DNA from: Vicugna vicugna
Taxonomy: Eukaryota
Assembly: GCA_013265495.1 (NCBI GenBank)
Contig: MU057640.1
Location: 310,001-374,000 of the forward strand
Length of the DNA: 64,000 nt
Reading direction: 5' to 3'
Shown here piece after piece: positions 1 to 12,500 of the stretch (position 1 is its first letter; every line of letters starts with the position of its first letter). Position numbers and translations under genes: made by a program. The notes beneath the pieces were generated by a model. The model saw only the letters and a program-made list of their open reading frames with translations, searched no databases and was not told where the DNA came from.

Positions 1-1649
1 GTAGCTTGTTTAACTTCAGGAGTGGAGCAGAGAGGATCACTGACTGCAGGCCGAATGAGTCTGGCAGGAGCCCTGTTCCCCGTCTGGCCCCTTCCTTCCC
101 TCATCAAAGGGAATCTTCGTATCTTTGCTTGGCCTTCTCCTCCCGACTGAAAACCAGTCTTGCTACCACCCAGGCTGTTCATTCTGGCTTAGGGGAAAAA
201 ATGCTCACAGGTTAAGGGTGAATTGAGTAGTACAGCAGGAAGCAAAATCATGTTGAAAGGCAGACGATGGAAAAATGAAGCCTGTTCTCAGTTTGATGGA
301 CATGTTCTCATTTATCTGTTGATTTGATTAGCAACCACTACCCAGTCAGGGGAGGCAAAGATGGTTATATCCTCATTTTACATGTGAGAAATGCCATCAG
401 TGCATGTTAAATATTTATGTGGGGTTCCTCAGTAGAAAAACCAGCCTAAGGCTGTGAGCTCCTCCTCCTGGAATTCTTTGTGCTGGACTTAACTGCACAC
501 GCCCAACACATGAATGTGTATGCCTAACACGCCCGGGACACATGGTGCCAAAGTAATTTCCCCCCCAAATGCTGACAGGAGTGTTTTATTTTTCACCCTG
601 GACGGGTTATTTATGTATACTATGTACATCATTTCATAATCAGTATGAATCTTCAGACACTTAGATCTGTACCTGATGGCCCCTGCAGGCCCCTCTTCAG
701 GTGCCCACGCTTGGAGAGCAGTTGTTTCGTGGGCTACCAGATTCATGATGGAGTAGATTTCCAGGGGAGACATTCCCTAGGCCTTGTCATCTTCCCGGGG
801 TGGATGGCTCTTGTAGCCGGCCACTTCAACTTTATCTGACTCCTTGCTGGTAGAGTTTAGGTAGCTTTTGTTTGCTTTCTCTTATGGCTAAGTTGTTAGC
901 AGCATGGAACCAGGCTGGCTCAGTGACACTGGTCCAAAATGGGCTGTTCTGTGTAACTTCTTGTTCCTCTCAGTTGCCTGGGAGATCAGTGAGCCCATCA
1001 CCAAGTTCATCAAATGCTGCTGTGTACTGAGTCCTATGGAAGATACAGGGTGGAGAAGGTGATTAAAGTACCTAGCAAGGGGCCTGGCATTCATTCACTC
1101 ACTCAGTAACTAGGTACGAGCTCCTCCTGTGTGCCAGGCTCTGTCCCACGTGCTAGGGATGTAAAGATAGATTTGGTTCTGCCCCCATAATCCAATGAAG
1201 GGCACTGTCACAGTGGTGGGCATTCGGTAAATTATTAACATTATCATTAACATTAAGGCTATTAATGTAACAACAGTGATGTTATCAATAGAATAATGAG
1301 TGCTTTACCGTCCTGATGAGATGATGGGAAATGAGGGCTTATCCTATTTCACACCCAGTGGTGTGTCTACATTTTTCTAACTTCTCTTTATCAAACCAGC
1401 AGACTCCTGAGAATCAGGATGCGAGGTGTAAAGGTTCATGACTCCTGTAGCAGGAGTGGAACATGGCCTGTTTGGATTAGGAGCTTTGACCCTGGGGCTC
1501 TATATTCTGAGAGGAGGGGACCTGGGCATTTTTCTGGAACTCTCACTGGCACCAAGTCTCTTCTTTCCTGGCTTGACTTTTTATATGCACTGCAATGTTC
1601 TTTAAACTGTAAACAGAGGAATTATGGATGGATGAAGTTTAGCCAATAA

Positions 1650-2845
1650 GTTCTTTTTTTTTTAACAGCTTTATTTGGATGTAATTCACATACCATGTAT
1701 TTGTTGTCCTTTTAAAGTATACAATTCAATGTTTTAATATATCCATAAAGTTGTGCAACCCTTAGCACTGTCTAGTTCCAGAACATTTTCTTCGCCCCAA
1801 ATAGAAACCCTGTACCCATTAGCAGTCATTCCCTAATCCCTCTTTCCTCCAGCCTCTGGCAACCACTAATACACTTTGTGTCTCTATGAGTTGACGTGTT
1901 GTGGACATTTCATATGAAGGGAGTCATAGAATATGTAATATTTTGTATCTGGCTTCTTTCACTTACTGTAATGTTTTCAGAGTTCATCCATGTTGTCGCA
2001 TGTATCAGTACTTCCTTCCTTTTATGGTTGAATAATATTCCTTTGTACGGCTGTACCACATTTTGTTCATCCATCCATCAGATGATGGACACGTGGACTG
2101 TTTCTATCTTTAGCTGTTACAGATAATGCTGCTACAAGCCTTCGTATTCAAGTTTTGTGTTGATGTGTGTTTTCTTTTCTTTTTTTTTTTTTGACATGTG
2201 TTTTCAGTTCTCTAAGGTATATACCCAGGAGTAGATCTACTGAGACATATGGTAACTCTGTTTCACTTTTTGAGAAACTGCCATACTGTTTTCCAGAGTG
2301 TGTGCCATTTCACATTGTTACCAGCAGTGTTTCTTGTGTTGAAATTTCTCCATATCCTCGCCAACACCTGCTGTTATTTTTTTGATCGTAGCTCTCCTAG
2401 TGGATGTGAAGGGATAACTCATTGTGGTTTTGATTTATGTTTCCCTGATGACTATGGTATTGAGTATCTTTTTATGTGCTTATTGACTGTTCGTATATCT
2501 TCTTGAGAGAAATATCTGTCCAAATTTTTTGCTTGATATTTAATTAAGTTATTTTTTTCTTGTTGAGTTAGAAGAGTTATTTATATATTCTTGACCACTA
2601 GTCCCTTACCAGATATATGATTTGCAAATATTTTCTCCCATTCTTGGAGTTGTCTTTTCACTTTGATGGTATCCTTTGCAGAATAAAAGTTTTTTGATGA
2701 AGTCCATTTTGATGAAGTCCATTTTATCTCTTTTCTTTTGTTGTATTGCTTTTGGTGTCATTTGTAAGAAGCCATTGCCTAATCCATAATCACAAAAATT
2801 TGCGTCTGTGTCTTCTTCTAGGAGTTTGTAGTTTTAGCTCTTTCA
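1650..2845 (-). mobile_element. Old L1 3' end (L1MA/MB-like), antisense
   Basis: T-run head, ttgtgcaacc..ttccagaacatttt, ctcattgtggttttgatt, tttgcaaatattttctccca. Confidence 0.85.
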
Positions 2846-3068
2846 TGACTACTAAGCTCTTACACTGATTGAGACTTTAAAAGTTCCCGTTAGCTGTTTG
2901 CTAGGGCCAAGCACTGAGTAGGAGGCTGTTATCCTGGGGCTTCTTTTGTACCTTGACAAGTCAATCAGAGGACCTGACCCTGGGAAGCATTTGTTCTTGT
3001 AGGTCTTTTTAGGTATTTTGTAGTTTCTATATTTCATTGTCTCCCTCCGCCTTTTTTTTTTTTTGAAG

Positions 3069-3573
3069 GTAACGAATGAAGAGGAATTCATTAGGAAATT
3101 GGACTGCAAACCTGATCAGCATCTGAAAGTGGTTTCCATTTTTGGAAATACTGGGGATGGGAAGTCTCATACACTCAATCACACTTTCTTTTATGGCCGG
3201 GAAGTCTTCAAAACCTCTCCTGCCCAGGAGTCCTGCACTGTGGGAGTATGGGCTGCCTATGACCCAGTCCACAAGGTGGCGGTGATAGACACGGAAGGGC
3301 TCTTGGGGGCTACAGTGAATCTAAGCCAGAGAACACGGCTGCTGCTTAAGGTCCTGGCCATCTCAGACCTCGTCATCTATCGAACTCACGCAGACCGGCT
3401 GCATAATGACCTCTTCAAGTTCCTTGGGGACGCCTCAGAAGCTTATCTGAAGCACTTCACCAAGGAGCTCAAGGCTACCACTGCCCGCTGTGGCCTGGAT
3501 GTCCCCTTGTCCACCCTGGGCCCTGCTGTTATCATTTTCCATGAGACTGTGCACACTCAACTATTGGGCTCTG
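3069..3573 (+). CDS. ZFYVE1: ZFYVE1 exon, NTPase domain (VTNEEEF...TQLLGS)
   Basis: poly-T/aag acceptor, G|gtgagt donor; Walker A GNTGDGKS at 3144-3167, DTEG at 3288-3299. Confidence 0.97.
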
Positions 3574-6500
3574 GTGAGTAGATGGGGTGCTGTGTCACAG
3601 ATTGACCTTCCTGGGTAGGAGGAGGCAGCCATTGGTTGCAGTAGCAACTTGGTGGTGACATTGCCCAGAAAAATTTCTGCCTGGGCAAGGCATAAGGAAG
3701 TATTTCAGGAAGGACAGAGTGATCAACCGTGTTAGAATCTGCTTATGGTCAGGATGAGAATTGAGACTTGCTGATGGTTTTGGTGATACAGAGGTCCTGG
3801 TGATCTGGGTAAGACTGTTTCCCAGGGATGGTGAGCATGGAAGCCTGATCCGAGAGGGGACAGAAGGAGAGGATCAAGAGAGGACAGAAGGAGAAGAATG
3901 AAAGTTGCATACTCACCTCTTTCAAAGAGTTCTATAAAGGGAGCCAGACAGATGAAATGATAGCTGGAAGCTGATGTGGGATTGCAAGGAATTTTCCCTT
4001 TTTTAAAAATTTAAGGTATGAGGTATTGCAGATATGTGTGTACTGATGGGAATGATTCATTAGAAATTGAACAATCCAACTGTGAGAGAGAGAGAGCAGA
4101 ACAGTTGGAGTGTGATGCACAGGTGGAGGGTTGGCCTTCAGAGTGTGGACAGTTCATGTGTAACAGCAGGAGAGAAGGCAGATTACACAGACACGGTTGC
4201 AGGTAAGTAGGTAGATGTGGTGGATACTTGTGTGGAAGTTGTCTATTGCTTCCATTTTCTTAGAGAAATAGGAAGCAAGAGCGTCACTGGCATGGAAGGA
4301 TGATGAGGGAGCGGGTGCGGTGACAGTGATTGGATGCAGGTGGGGACAGTAGTGTTGGCCCCTAAAATAGTTACATTATTTAAATGGCGTGTGCTGAGCA
4401 CTGGGGCCTGAAGCTGGAAACAAAACAAAAACAAAAACCAGTTTCCACCCTCGAATAGCTCATAGTCTAGTTGGGGAGACCACACGTGTTGTGTTCTGTA
4501 GTGGATGCAGGTACTGGAGCTCTGGGAAAGGAACTCTCTACACCTCCTAATGGGATCTAGGAAAGAGGAGGTGACATTTGAACTCTAGAGACTTGGCCAG
4601 ATAGAGGAGGCGAGGAAGGACGCTCTAGGAAGAGCAAACTGCCAGTGGTTTGAAGGAGCTTGTTGTGGCCAGGGACCAGCAGGTAGTGACACTGTTACTT
4701 CCTGAATTCCATTCTAGCCCCTTCAGCGAGTCGTCCCCAAAGCATCAGGAGTGATGCTTTTTAAAAGCTTAATTTATAATTTAGATCATGTCATACTCCA
4801 GCTTACAGCCTACTAGTGGTTTTCTACTATGTTAAAATGAAATCCAGACTTCTAATTACGGTGTCCTTACTCTACCTCCTGTCTATGCCTCTGAGCTGCT
4901 GCTTTTGTTACCCGCTTTCATCCACTCCCGGGCCCACTAAATGCCCTTTCGCCTTCATGCACGTGTGCACGCGTGCTCACCTGCACCCCCCCAACTCTCT
5001 CCCTATGCCAAGTCTCTTCTCTGTTCCCATCTTTGCATATGCTGTTCTGTCTGCCTGCAACACTCTTGCCCCAGCTTCCCAGACTCTTTCTGATTCAGCT
5101 CAGCTCTCCCCCCCTTGGAGCCTTCCCTGTGTGGCCCCTTTAAAGGATCCTTCCTGTACCCTGGTGGTCACGCTCTTATTGCGTCACTTTGTTCATCTGC
5201 ATCAGGGCACCTGTTGCTGTCTGAAATCCTGTATGTTTGCTCACTTGTTTTGGGTCCTTTCCCTTTGGAATGGAAACCCCATAAAGGCAGGAACCTTGCC
5301 TGACTTATTCACGGTGCCTCTGAAGAGCCTGGATGAGTGCTTGACACATAGTAGGCTCTCATCAGATGTTTGCTGAGTGAAGAGGCTTAGTGTGTCTGAA
5401 GCATAGATTGTATGGGAAGGAATGGTGGAGATTGTCAGGGATCAGTTCATGCATGGATGGCCTGGACCCAGTTCTCAAGTATGACAGGAGCCCCTGAGGA
5501 TTCTAAGCAGGGAGTTATGTGATCAGATCTGTATTTTCAAAAGATCCCTGGCAGCCCGTTGCAGGATGAACAGAGAGGCATGCCTGGAGGCAGGGAGACA
5601 GCAGGGAGGTTTTCGAGGTCGTAGGTGAGACATGGTGGGGGCTGAGCCAGGGCAGCTGCAGTGGGAAGGAAGTGGACAGACTGGGACCATGTTAAGGAGT
5701 TAGAATCTGAAGGATTCTCATGGGTCTAGTGGAAAGATGAAAAGTGCACTGGAAGAAGAGCCTCATTAGCAAGTGACTCTAAGGTAAGGAGAGGGGGTTG
5801 GAAATACTGACTTCAGGATGCCTCCTGTGATCAGCATTTTTATGCCACTTTGGATCTTTACAACTTTGGTGAACGGAAGGTCTAATTTCCAGTTTCTAAT
5901 TTCTCGGATTTTGAAATAACCAGCCTTTCAAAAATAACTTTTTTTTTTTTTGCTTTGAGGCTTGCACTATGCTAGGTGTTTATTTTTTGTTAAGTGCTGA
6001 ATAACAAAGATATATTATTTTTAATAGATACTAACATAATGTATCTTTGGTATTCAGCCCAGTCAATAGCAGCCCTATTTACACATGAAGAAACTGAACT
6101 CAGATAGCTTAAGTTATGTAACCAAGGAGGTTCCAGCTAATGTGTTGCAAAATTGGGATTCAGAACAGGTCTTCTAACTCCTAAATCCTTGTTTCTGGAA
6201 TACCATTGCTGTTTCCTGAAACCTTGAGATGGAACCAAGACAACCTCAGTTTATGCAGGGCAGAAGGCAAGGGCCCAGGATTGTTGGCAAATTGCTAATT
6301 AGATTTCTCTGTCCTGTAGACTTTCTGATTTTGTTCCATCCTGTTCCTTTTCTGGACAGAGGATTCCTAGGTAAGAGTAAGTAGGCAAATGAATTATCTC
6401 TGTTTTACAGATGAGCAGATCAAGCTCCCATAATCACTTGGGAGTGATTCCTTGTCCAGGGACAAGCTGTGAGATGACGTTGGGAGGAAGTGAAGGTGGC

Positions 6501-9500
6501 CAGGCTGCGCTCCTGGGCGGCAGTGGGAGAAGCCCCCCACTGATGGCCGCCCCCCTCCCCATACTGCCTGCTCCTGCCTCCAGCTGTGACTGCTGCAGGA
6601 AAAGTTCAGGAGGAGATGGGTTTAGGGACTAACTGCAGAATTTTGGCTACTTGTCTTTGATGACTGTACCTTTATATTGAAGCTAAAGCCATATCTCCAG
6701 TGTTAATTGGAGTGATTTTGTTGTTGTTTTAATATTAAAGGAAATCTAAATAAAACATCCAAGTTTCACCTCCAAAATATTTATTGAATCCGTTTATACT
6801 ACTACCACCCAAATTTCTGGATAAATGTTGGTGAAGCTGTGGGGAGGCTGACACCCTCACACTTTGTCTGCAGCTTCACCAGCATAAGACCAATATTTTC
6901 ACAGTAGCTGTTTATTTAAATACTCATTAGTAGGTGACTGGTGAAACATGTCCATAGGGTGGAAGGCTGTGTAGCTGTTGTAAAGAATAAGAAACTCAGA
7001 ATGTATCATAACAAGGACACATACCTACAGTATGTTATTAAGTGATGAAAGCAAGTTACACATAATGTGTTGGTAATTGTGTAGAAGAAAAAAGTCTGAA
7101 AGGGTAAGTACTGAACTGTAGTTACCTTTGGGGAGTAAGAGGGAGGAGAGGACATACATTTCTTTTCTTTTAGGCTTTGACATGTTTGAATTTTTCTCAA
7201 TGAGCAGATTTAAAAAAAAAAGACACGTCCTTGAAGTATAGTGTACCTACAGAAAAGTGCACATCGTATCAAAAGTGTATACGTGATGCATTTTCACATC
7301 CTGAGCGTATACATGAATTCAGTACCAGATCATGACACTCTAGCACCCACTTCATAGAAGCCCCACTCGTGCTCCCTTCTCGGCAAAGGTAACCTGAATT
7401 CTAACAGCACAGATCAGTTCTGCCTGTTTATGAACTTTATATGTATGGAGTCAGACTACCTACTCCTTTTATAGTGAAAGACAGGCAACTTTTTTTTTTG
7501 AAGAAAGGTCACTGTTCGCATACCTGTTTCTGTTTGTCCAGATCACCCCTCTGAGGTACCCGAGAAGCTCATCCAGGACCGGTTTCGGAAGCTGGGCCGC
7601 TTCCCTGAAGCCTTCAGTTCTATTCACTACAAGGGAACGAGGACTTACAACCCTCCCACAGACTTCTCCGGGCTTCGGCGTGCTTTGGAGCAGCAACTGG
7701 AGAACAACACCACCCGTTCTCCCCGGCACCCAGGGGTCATCTTCAAAGCCCTGAAGGTCAGTGGGCTTCTGCCCTGAGTGCTTCTCATTGGGGTACCAGT
7801 GGGTGGTGAGAACACTCAGTTCGCTAGCTTTGGCCAGTGTTGGTGATAGAAACCTGGGCTGAGAAGAGAAGTTTTATGAAAAAGTGGAGTTTGCACCTGT
7901 TGAATGAACTCATCTTGCCAGGAACACTAGTACGGAGGAATCTTGGATGATAGTTAAAAACTGACAGTTCCTCTTGGAGAGAAACTTTATTTTACTATGC
8001 TTTATAATGAATTCATCAACTCAGTCCCTGCCAATACTGCTTCCTTTTTTGCAGTTTGCTTTGTGTACACTCTGTGTTACCATGCCTGCAGGCTGAGGAC
8101 AGAGGAATAGGAAGGGAGCAGGGCCTTTGGGCAGTGCTGGGAGTGTGGGATCTGGAGAAAGGACCCGGAAATGTTGACCTGAAGATTGCAACTGGGGCTA
8201 TGAGGATGCTCCAAGGGTAAGGGCATAGAGCCTGAGACTGGAGGGGATAGGAGAAGCGGGTTTGGCGTAAAGCTAGGCTGGCCCTGCTTTTCAGAGGAAC
8301 AGACTTTGGGCACATGCTGATCTGACTAATCCATTGAGTTAAGAAGGTTTTTTAGTGGGACACAATGTAAACAGTTTGTGATTCTGGGTAAATTGCATAT
8401 GGGAGGGAGTTCCTTATACTGTTCTTGCAATTTTCTACATTAGAAATTATATAAAAAGTTACCCCTCAAAAAAGGTTTATGGTTTTTGCATAGTGGTTGC
8501 TGTAGGCTGGATGTTTGTATCCTCCCAGAATTCTTAGGTTGAAATCCTAAGGCCTAATGTGATGATATTAGGAGAGCCTTTAGGAGGTGATTGGCTCATG
8601 AGGATGGAGCCCTCATGAGTGAGATTTCTGCCCTTGTAAAAGGAGCCCCAGAGAGCTCCCCCACTCCTTCTACCAAGTGAGGACACAGTGAGAAAGTACC
8701 ATCTGTGAACCAGAAGGCAGGCCGTCACCAGAAGGCAGCCACGCTGGCACCCTGATCTTGGACTTCCAGCCTGCAGAACTGTGAGGAACAAGTTTCTGTT
8801 TGTCCAGTCTGTGGTATTCTGTTACAGCAGCCTGAATGGACTATAAAAGCTTGGGCTCTGGAGTCAGACTGACTCCTGGTTCTGCCATTTAGCGCTGCTT
8901 GTTCTTAGGAAATTTGTTCTTTCGTTCATTTATTCAACAAATGAATGAATGAGTCTCTGTGCCAGGTAGAGTCAGAAGTGCTGGAAGTACAGTGGCAAAT
9001 AAGTCTTTGCCCTTGTAGTGCTTCTTCAAGCCTTTCTCCTCACCTGTGAAAGAGGGGCAGAAGTAGAATGTTCCTGACGAAGCTGAGGGGTTAAACAAGA
9101 ACACATACTTTAAGAAACAAAGTACTGTGTATATAGTCAGTATTCAGTAAGAGTTAACTGTTGTGAATAATATTAAGAAAAAACTATGAAAATGATTATA
9201 GTTGAATAATTCATGAAATACATATTTCTAATTAGAATTTGAGGTTTAAGTGTACTTAGATTTACTGGCCAGTGTCCTTTTTTTTTTAAATTGAGTTATA
9301 GTCAGTTTACAATGTTGTGTCAATTTCTGGTGTACAGTGCAATTTTTCAGTCATACATGAATATACATATATTCATTTTCATATTCTTTTTCACCATGAA
9401 CTAGTATAAGATCTTGAATATATTTCCTGCGCTATACAGTATAAACTTGTTTATCTATTCTATATATATCTGTCAGGATCTACAAATCTTGAACTCCCAG

Positions 9501-12500
9501 TCTGTCCCTTCCCACCCATCTCCCCCCTGGCAACCACAAGTTTGTATTCTATGTCTGTGAGCTGTGAGTCTGGCCAGTGTCCTTGTCATGGCTCAAAGGT
9601 AGTCAGGTGGAAGATTACACCCAGGTATGGCAAGCATTCTTAAAAGAGGCTGAATCCATGCTGTGTTACACACAGGGCTGTAAATCTGATCAGCATGAAT
9701 ATCAATGCCTAGGCCAGTGGCTGGGTTATAGAGCTCCTCAGGGTTTCTCAGAGCTAACCCAGTTTAATGTTTAAATAAGACCTTCAGGGACGCCAAGTGC
9801 TGTAAGCAGTAATTAGTGCTCAGGGATTTTACCCTCAGGCAAGTCTTGGATGTCCTACTCCAAGCCAATTTGTTAGGCACTTTTGAGAAAAATAGGCCGT
9901 TTTCTTATGAGGTGATATGATTCATGAAGCTTTCTGTGATTAAATTGAGCCTGGTCATGTGGAGTTTTGAGGATTCTTGGTAACTTCTGTCCTCAGAGTT
10001 TCATATGGACCCTATATTTTCCATTCTCTGAGGTAGGGGCTGAGCTGTGGGCCCACCGCTCTGTCAGCTGGAAGGAGTTGTCTGTTTACGCATGTGTTTT
10101 GGGCTCTCCCCAGGGAATTGTGGGGTTCTTGCAACTTAAATCCTCGAAAAAATTGTTTTTGTCTTTTTCTGGTGGTGGTTTTGTTTTTAATCCTCTTCTT
10201 TAAATTAGAAGTTGTTAGTTCCCTGGTAATCATTCTAATAGAAAGCTACCTGTAAGATCTGTATTAGGCAAATTGACCCAGAAGGGTTTTATTGCTGTTA
10301 AAATTCACTCGAACAGAAGTCCTCATAGTTCACAGAAGTGTATGATATAGTGCCTGTTTATTTTTCTCCACCTATTTTTGAGAAAATTTTTAATTTTATT
10401 TCTTTTCTTTTTAATTGGAGGTACAGGGGATTGAACCCAGGACCTTATTCTGCATGCTAGACATGTGCTCTACAGCTGAGCTATTTCCCTCTTCCCTCCA
10501 CTTATTTTTTATTTTGTTTTATGTTGTTGTTGTTTTTTACAAGTAGCTTTGAATCCTTTTTGGAATAAAACAGTGGGGATTATCCTAAACCGATAAATTA
10601 TCAGTGCCAAAATAACTTGTTTGGCTTCCTGTTTCTCCCATTTTTTTTCTTTCTCTCTTGGAATTTATTTTTTTACCTTTTCCAGTGCCTCACTAACTCA
10701 CTGCGTAAACATTTCAAGAAGCTTCAGGATATATTCTAATATGATTTATATGATTTTGTTACCTATATGATTTTCTCCTTATGTTACATAAATATGCAGG
10801 AATATTGTTAGGAAAAAAAAATAAACCTTTTGGGAAAATGGAGAGACAAATCACTTAAGAAAGGCAATCAAAACTGTGATGCACAAATAAAGAAATCTCA
10901 ACTCTCTAGTAATCAAAGAAAGGAAAATTAAAACCACAACCATGCAAGGGCAAACGATGACAAGTTTGGCAATAAAATGTCAAAAAGCAATGTAAACTTT
11001 TACGAACTGCCAGTTGAAATTAAAATTAGTATAACCGCTTTGAAATGCAATTTAGAAATATCTAGTATAGATAAAGATGTGCATAATGTGCATTCTAGCC
11101 GTATCATTTCTAGGAATTTGCATTAAAGAAACTCTTCCACAGGGACACAAAGAGACCTATCTCAGGATGTTAATAGCAACATTCTTTGTAATAGCAGAAA
11201 AAAAGCAAATTAAGTGTGCAAAAAATAAATAAATTGGGTATTATATGATCCTTTGCTATTTATTTTAAAACGAAAATTGGGGCGTGATGTATTTAGGTGC
11301 ATTTGTAAACCTTGCTTTTTTTTCTTTTTAAAAAATATTTATCATTGCATTATTTTATTTTGGCGGAGTTGGGGGAGGTAATTAGATTTATTTATTTTTA
11401 GAGGAGGTACTGGGGATTGAACTCAGGAGGAGGTACTGGGGATTGAACTCAGGACCCGTGTATGTTAAGCATGCACTCTACTGCTTGAGCTATACCCTCC
11501 CCTGCTTTTTTTTAATGAAACATTGAAACCCAGTATTTTTTTCCATGCCATTAAATATTCTGTGAAAACATGTTTTTAAAACAGAGGTATTCTTTTCATT
11601 TATATGGATGGGTCACTTTTTATATTCAGTAATTTTGTTCTTATTTTAATAGTAGTTTCCATTTTTCCTTATTATATTTTCTGTGTATTTAAAGATATTG
11701 TTCACATTCTGCCTACTTCCTTAGAATAAATTACAGCTCCCAGTACTGCTGCTGGCCATCCTTTCAGGAGTGTTTATTGTATACCATGTACTGTGCTCTG
11801 CACTGCACGTGTATTAATTCATCTAATCCTCATACAAGCTCTAAGGTAGAGAAACGGAGACACAGAGAGGTTAATTAATTTGCTTGGGATGACTTATCAA
11901 GTAAGTGGTGGATAATTTGAACCAGGTGGTCTGGCTCCCAAGTCTATGCTTTTAACCCTGTGCTATATTCCTAGTCTCAGGAGTTAACTCCACTTTTAAG
12001 ATGGCCAGAAGTTGTGGCCATCTTTAAAGGTTCCTGATGCATACTGCCAGCTACCTTTACAAAGGGCGTTCCTGTAAGTTGTATTTGAGTGTTTGGCTAC
12101 TGTAATTTAAACAGTTATTTTTAAATTATAAAAGCAGTGTGTGCTCATGGTAAACAATTCAAATAGTATAGAAACATGTAAGGTATAACTTAAGTCCCTT
12201 TCCTCTCCCTCTCTCACTATATAACTAATACTTTCTTGTATATGCTTTTAGAAATACTCAGTGCTATGTAAGTTCATACAGAAGTATGTTTATATCATCT
12301 CTATGGTTTTCTCCCTAAATGAAGCAGATCATAGAAAAGTTAAATCCTTTTTTTCCTCCCCCATATTATCTTTTCATTCTACAGATAACCATTAGTAGTA
12401 GTTTCTTGGATATGCTTCTAGAAATGTACACACATATATTTTTTTCCCCTCATAAATGGGATCATATCATTCATACTATTCTACAACTTCCTTTTTTTCC

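Noticed and set aside
4816..5376. 186-aa hydrophobic ORF
   Set aside because: Lies within a pyrimidine-rich L2 remnant
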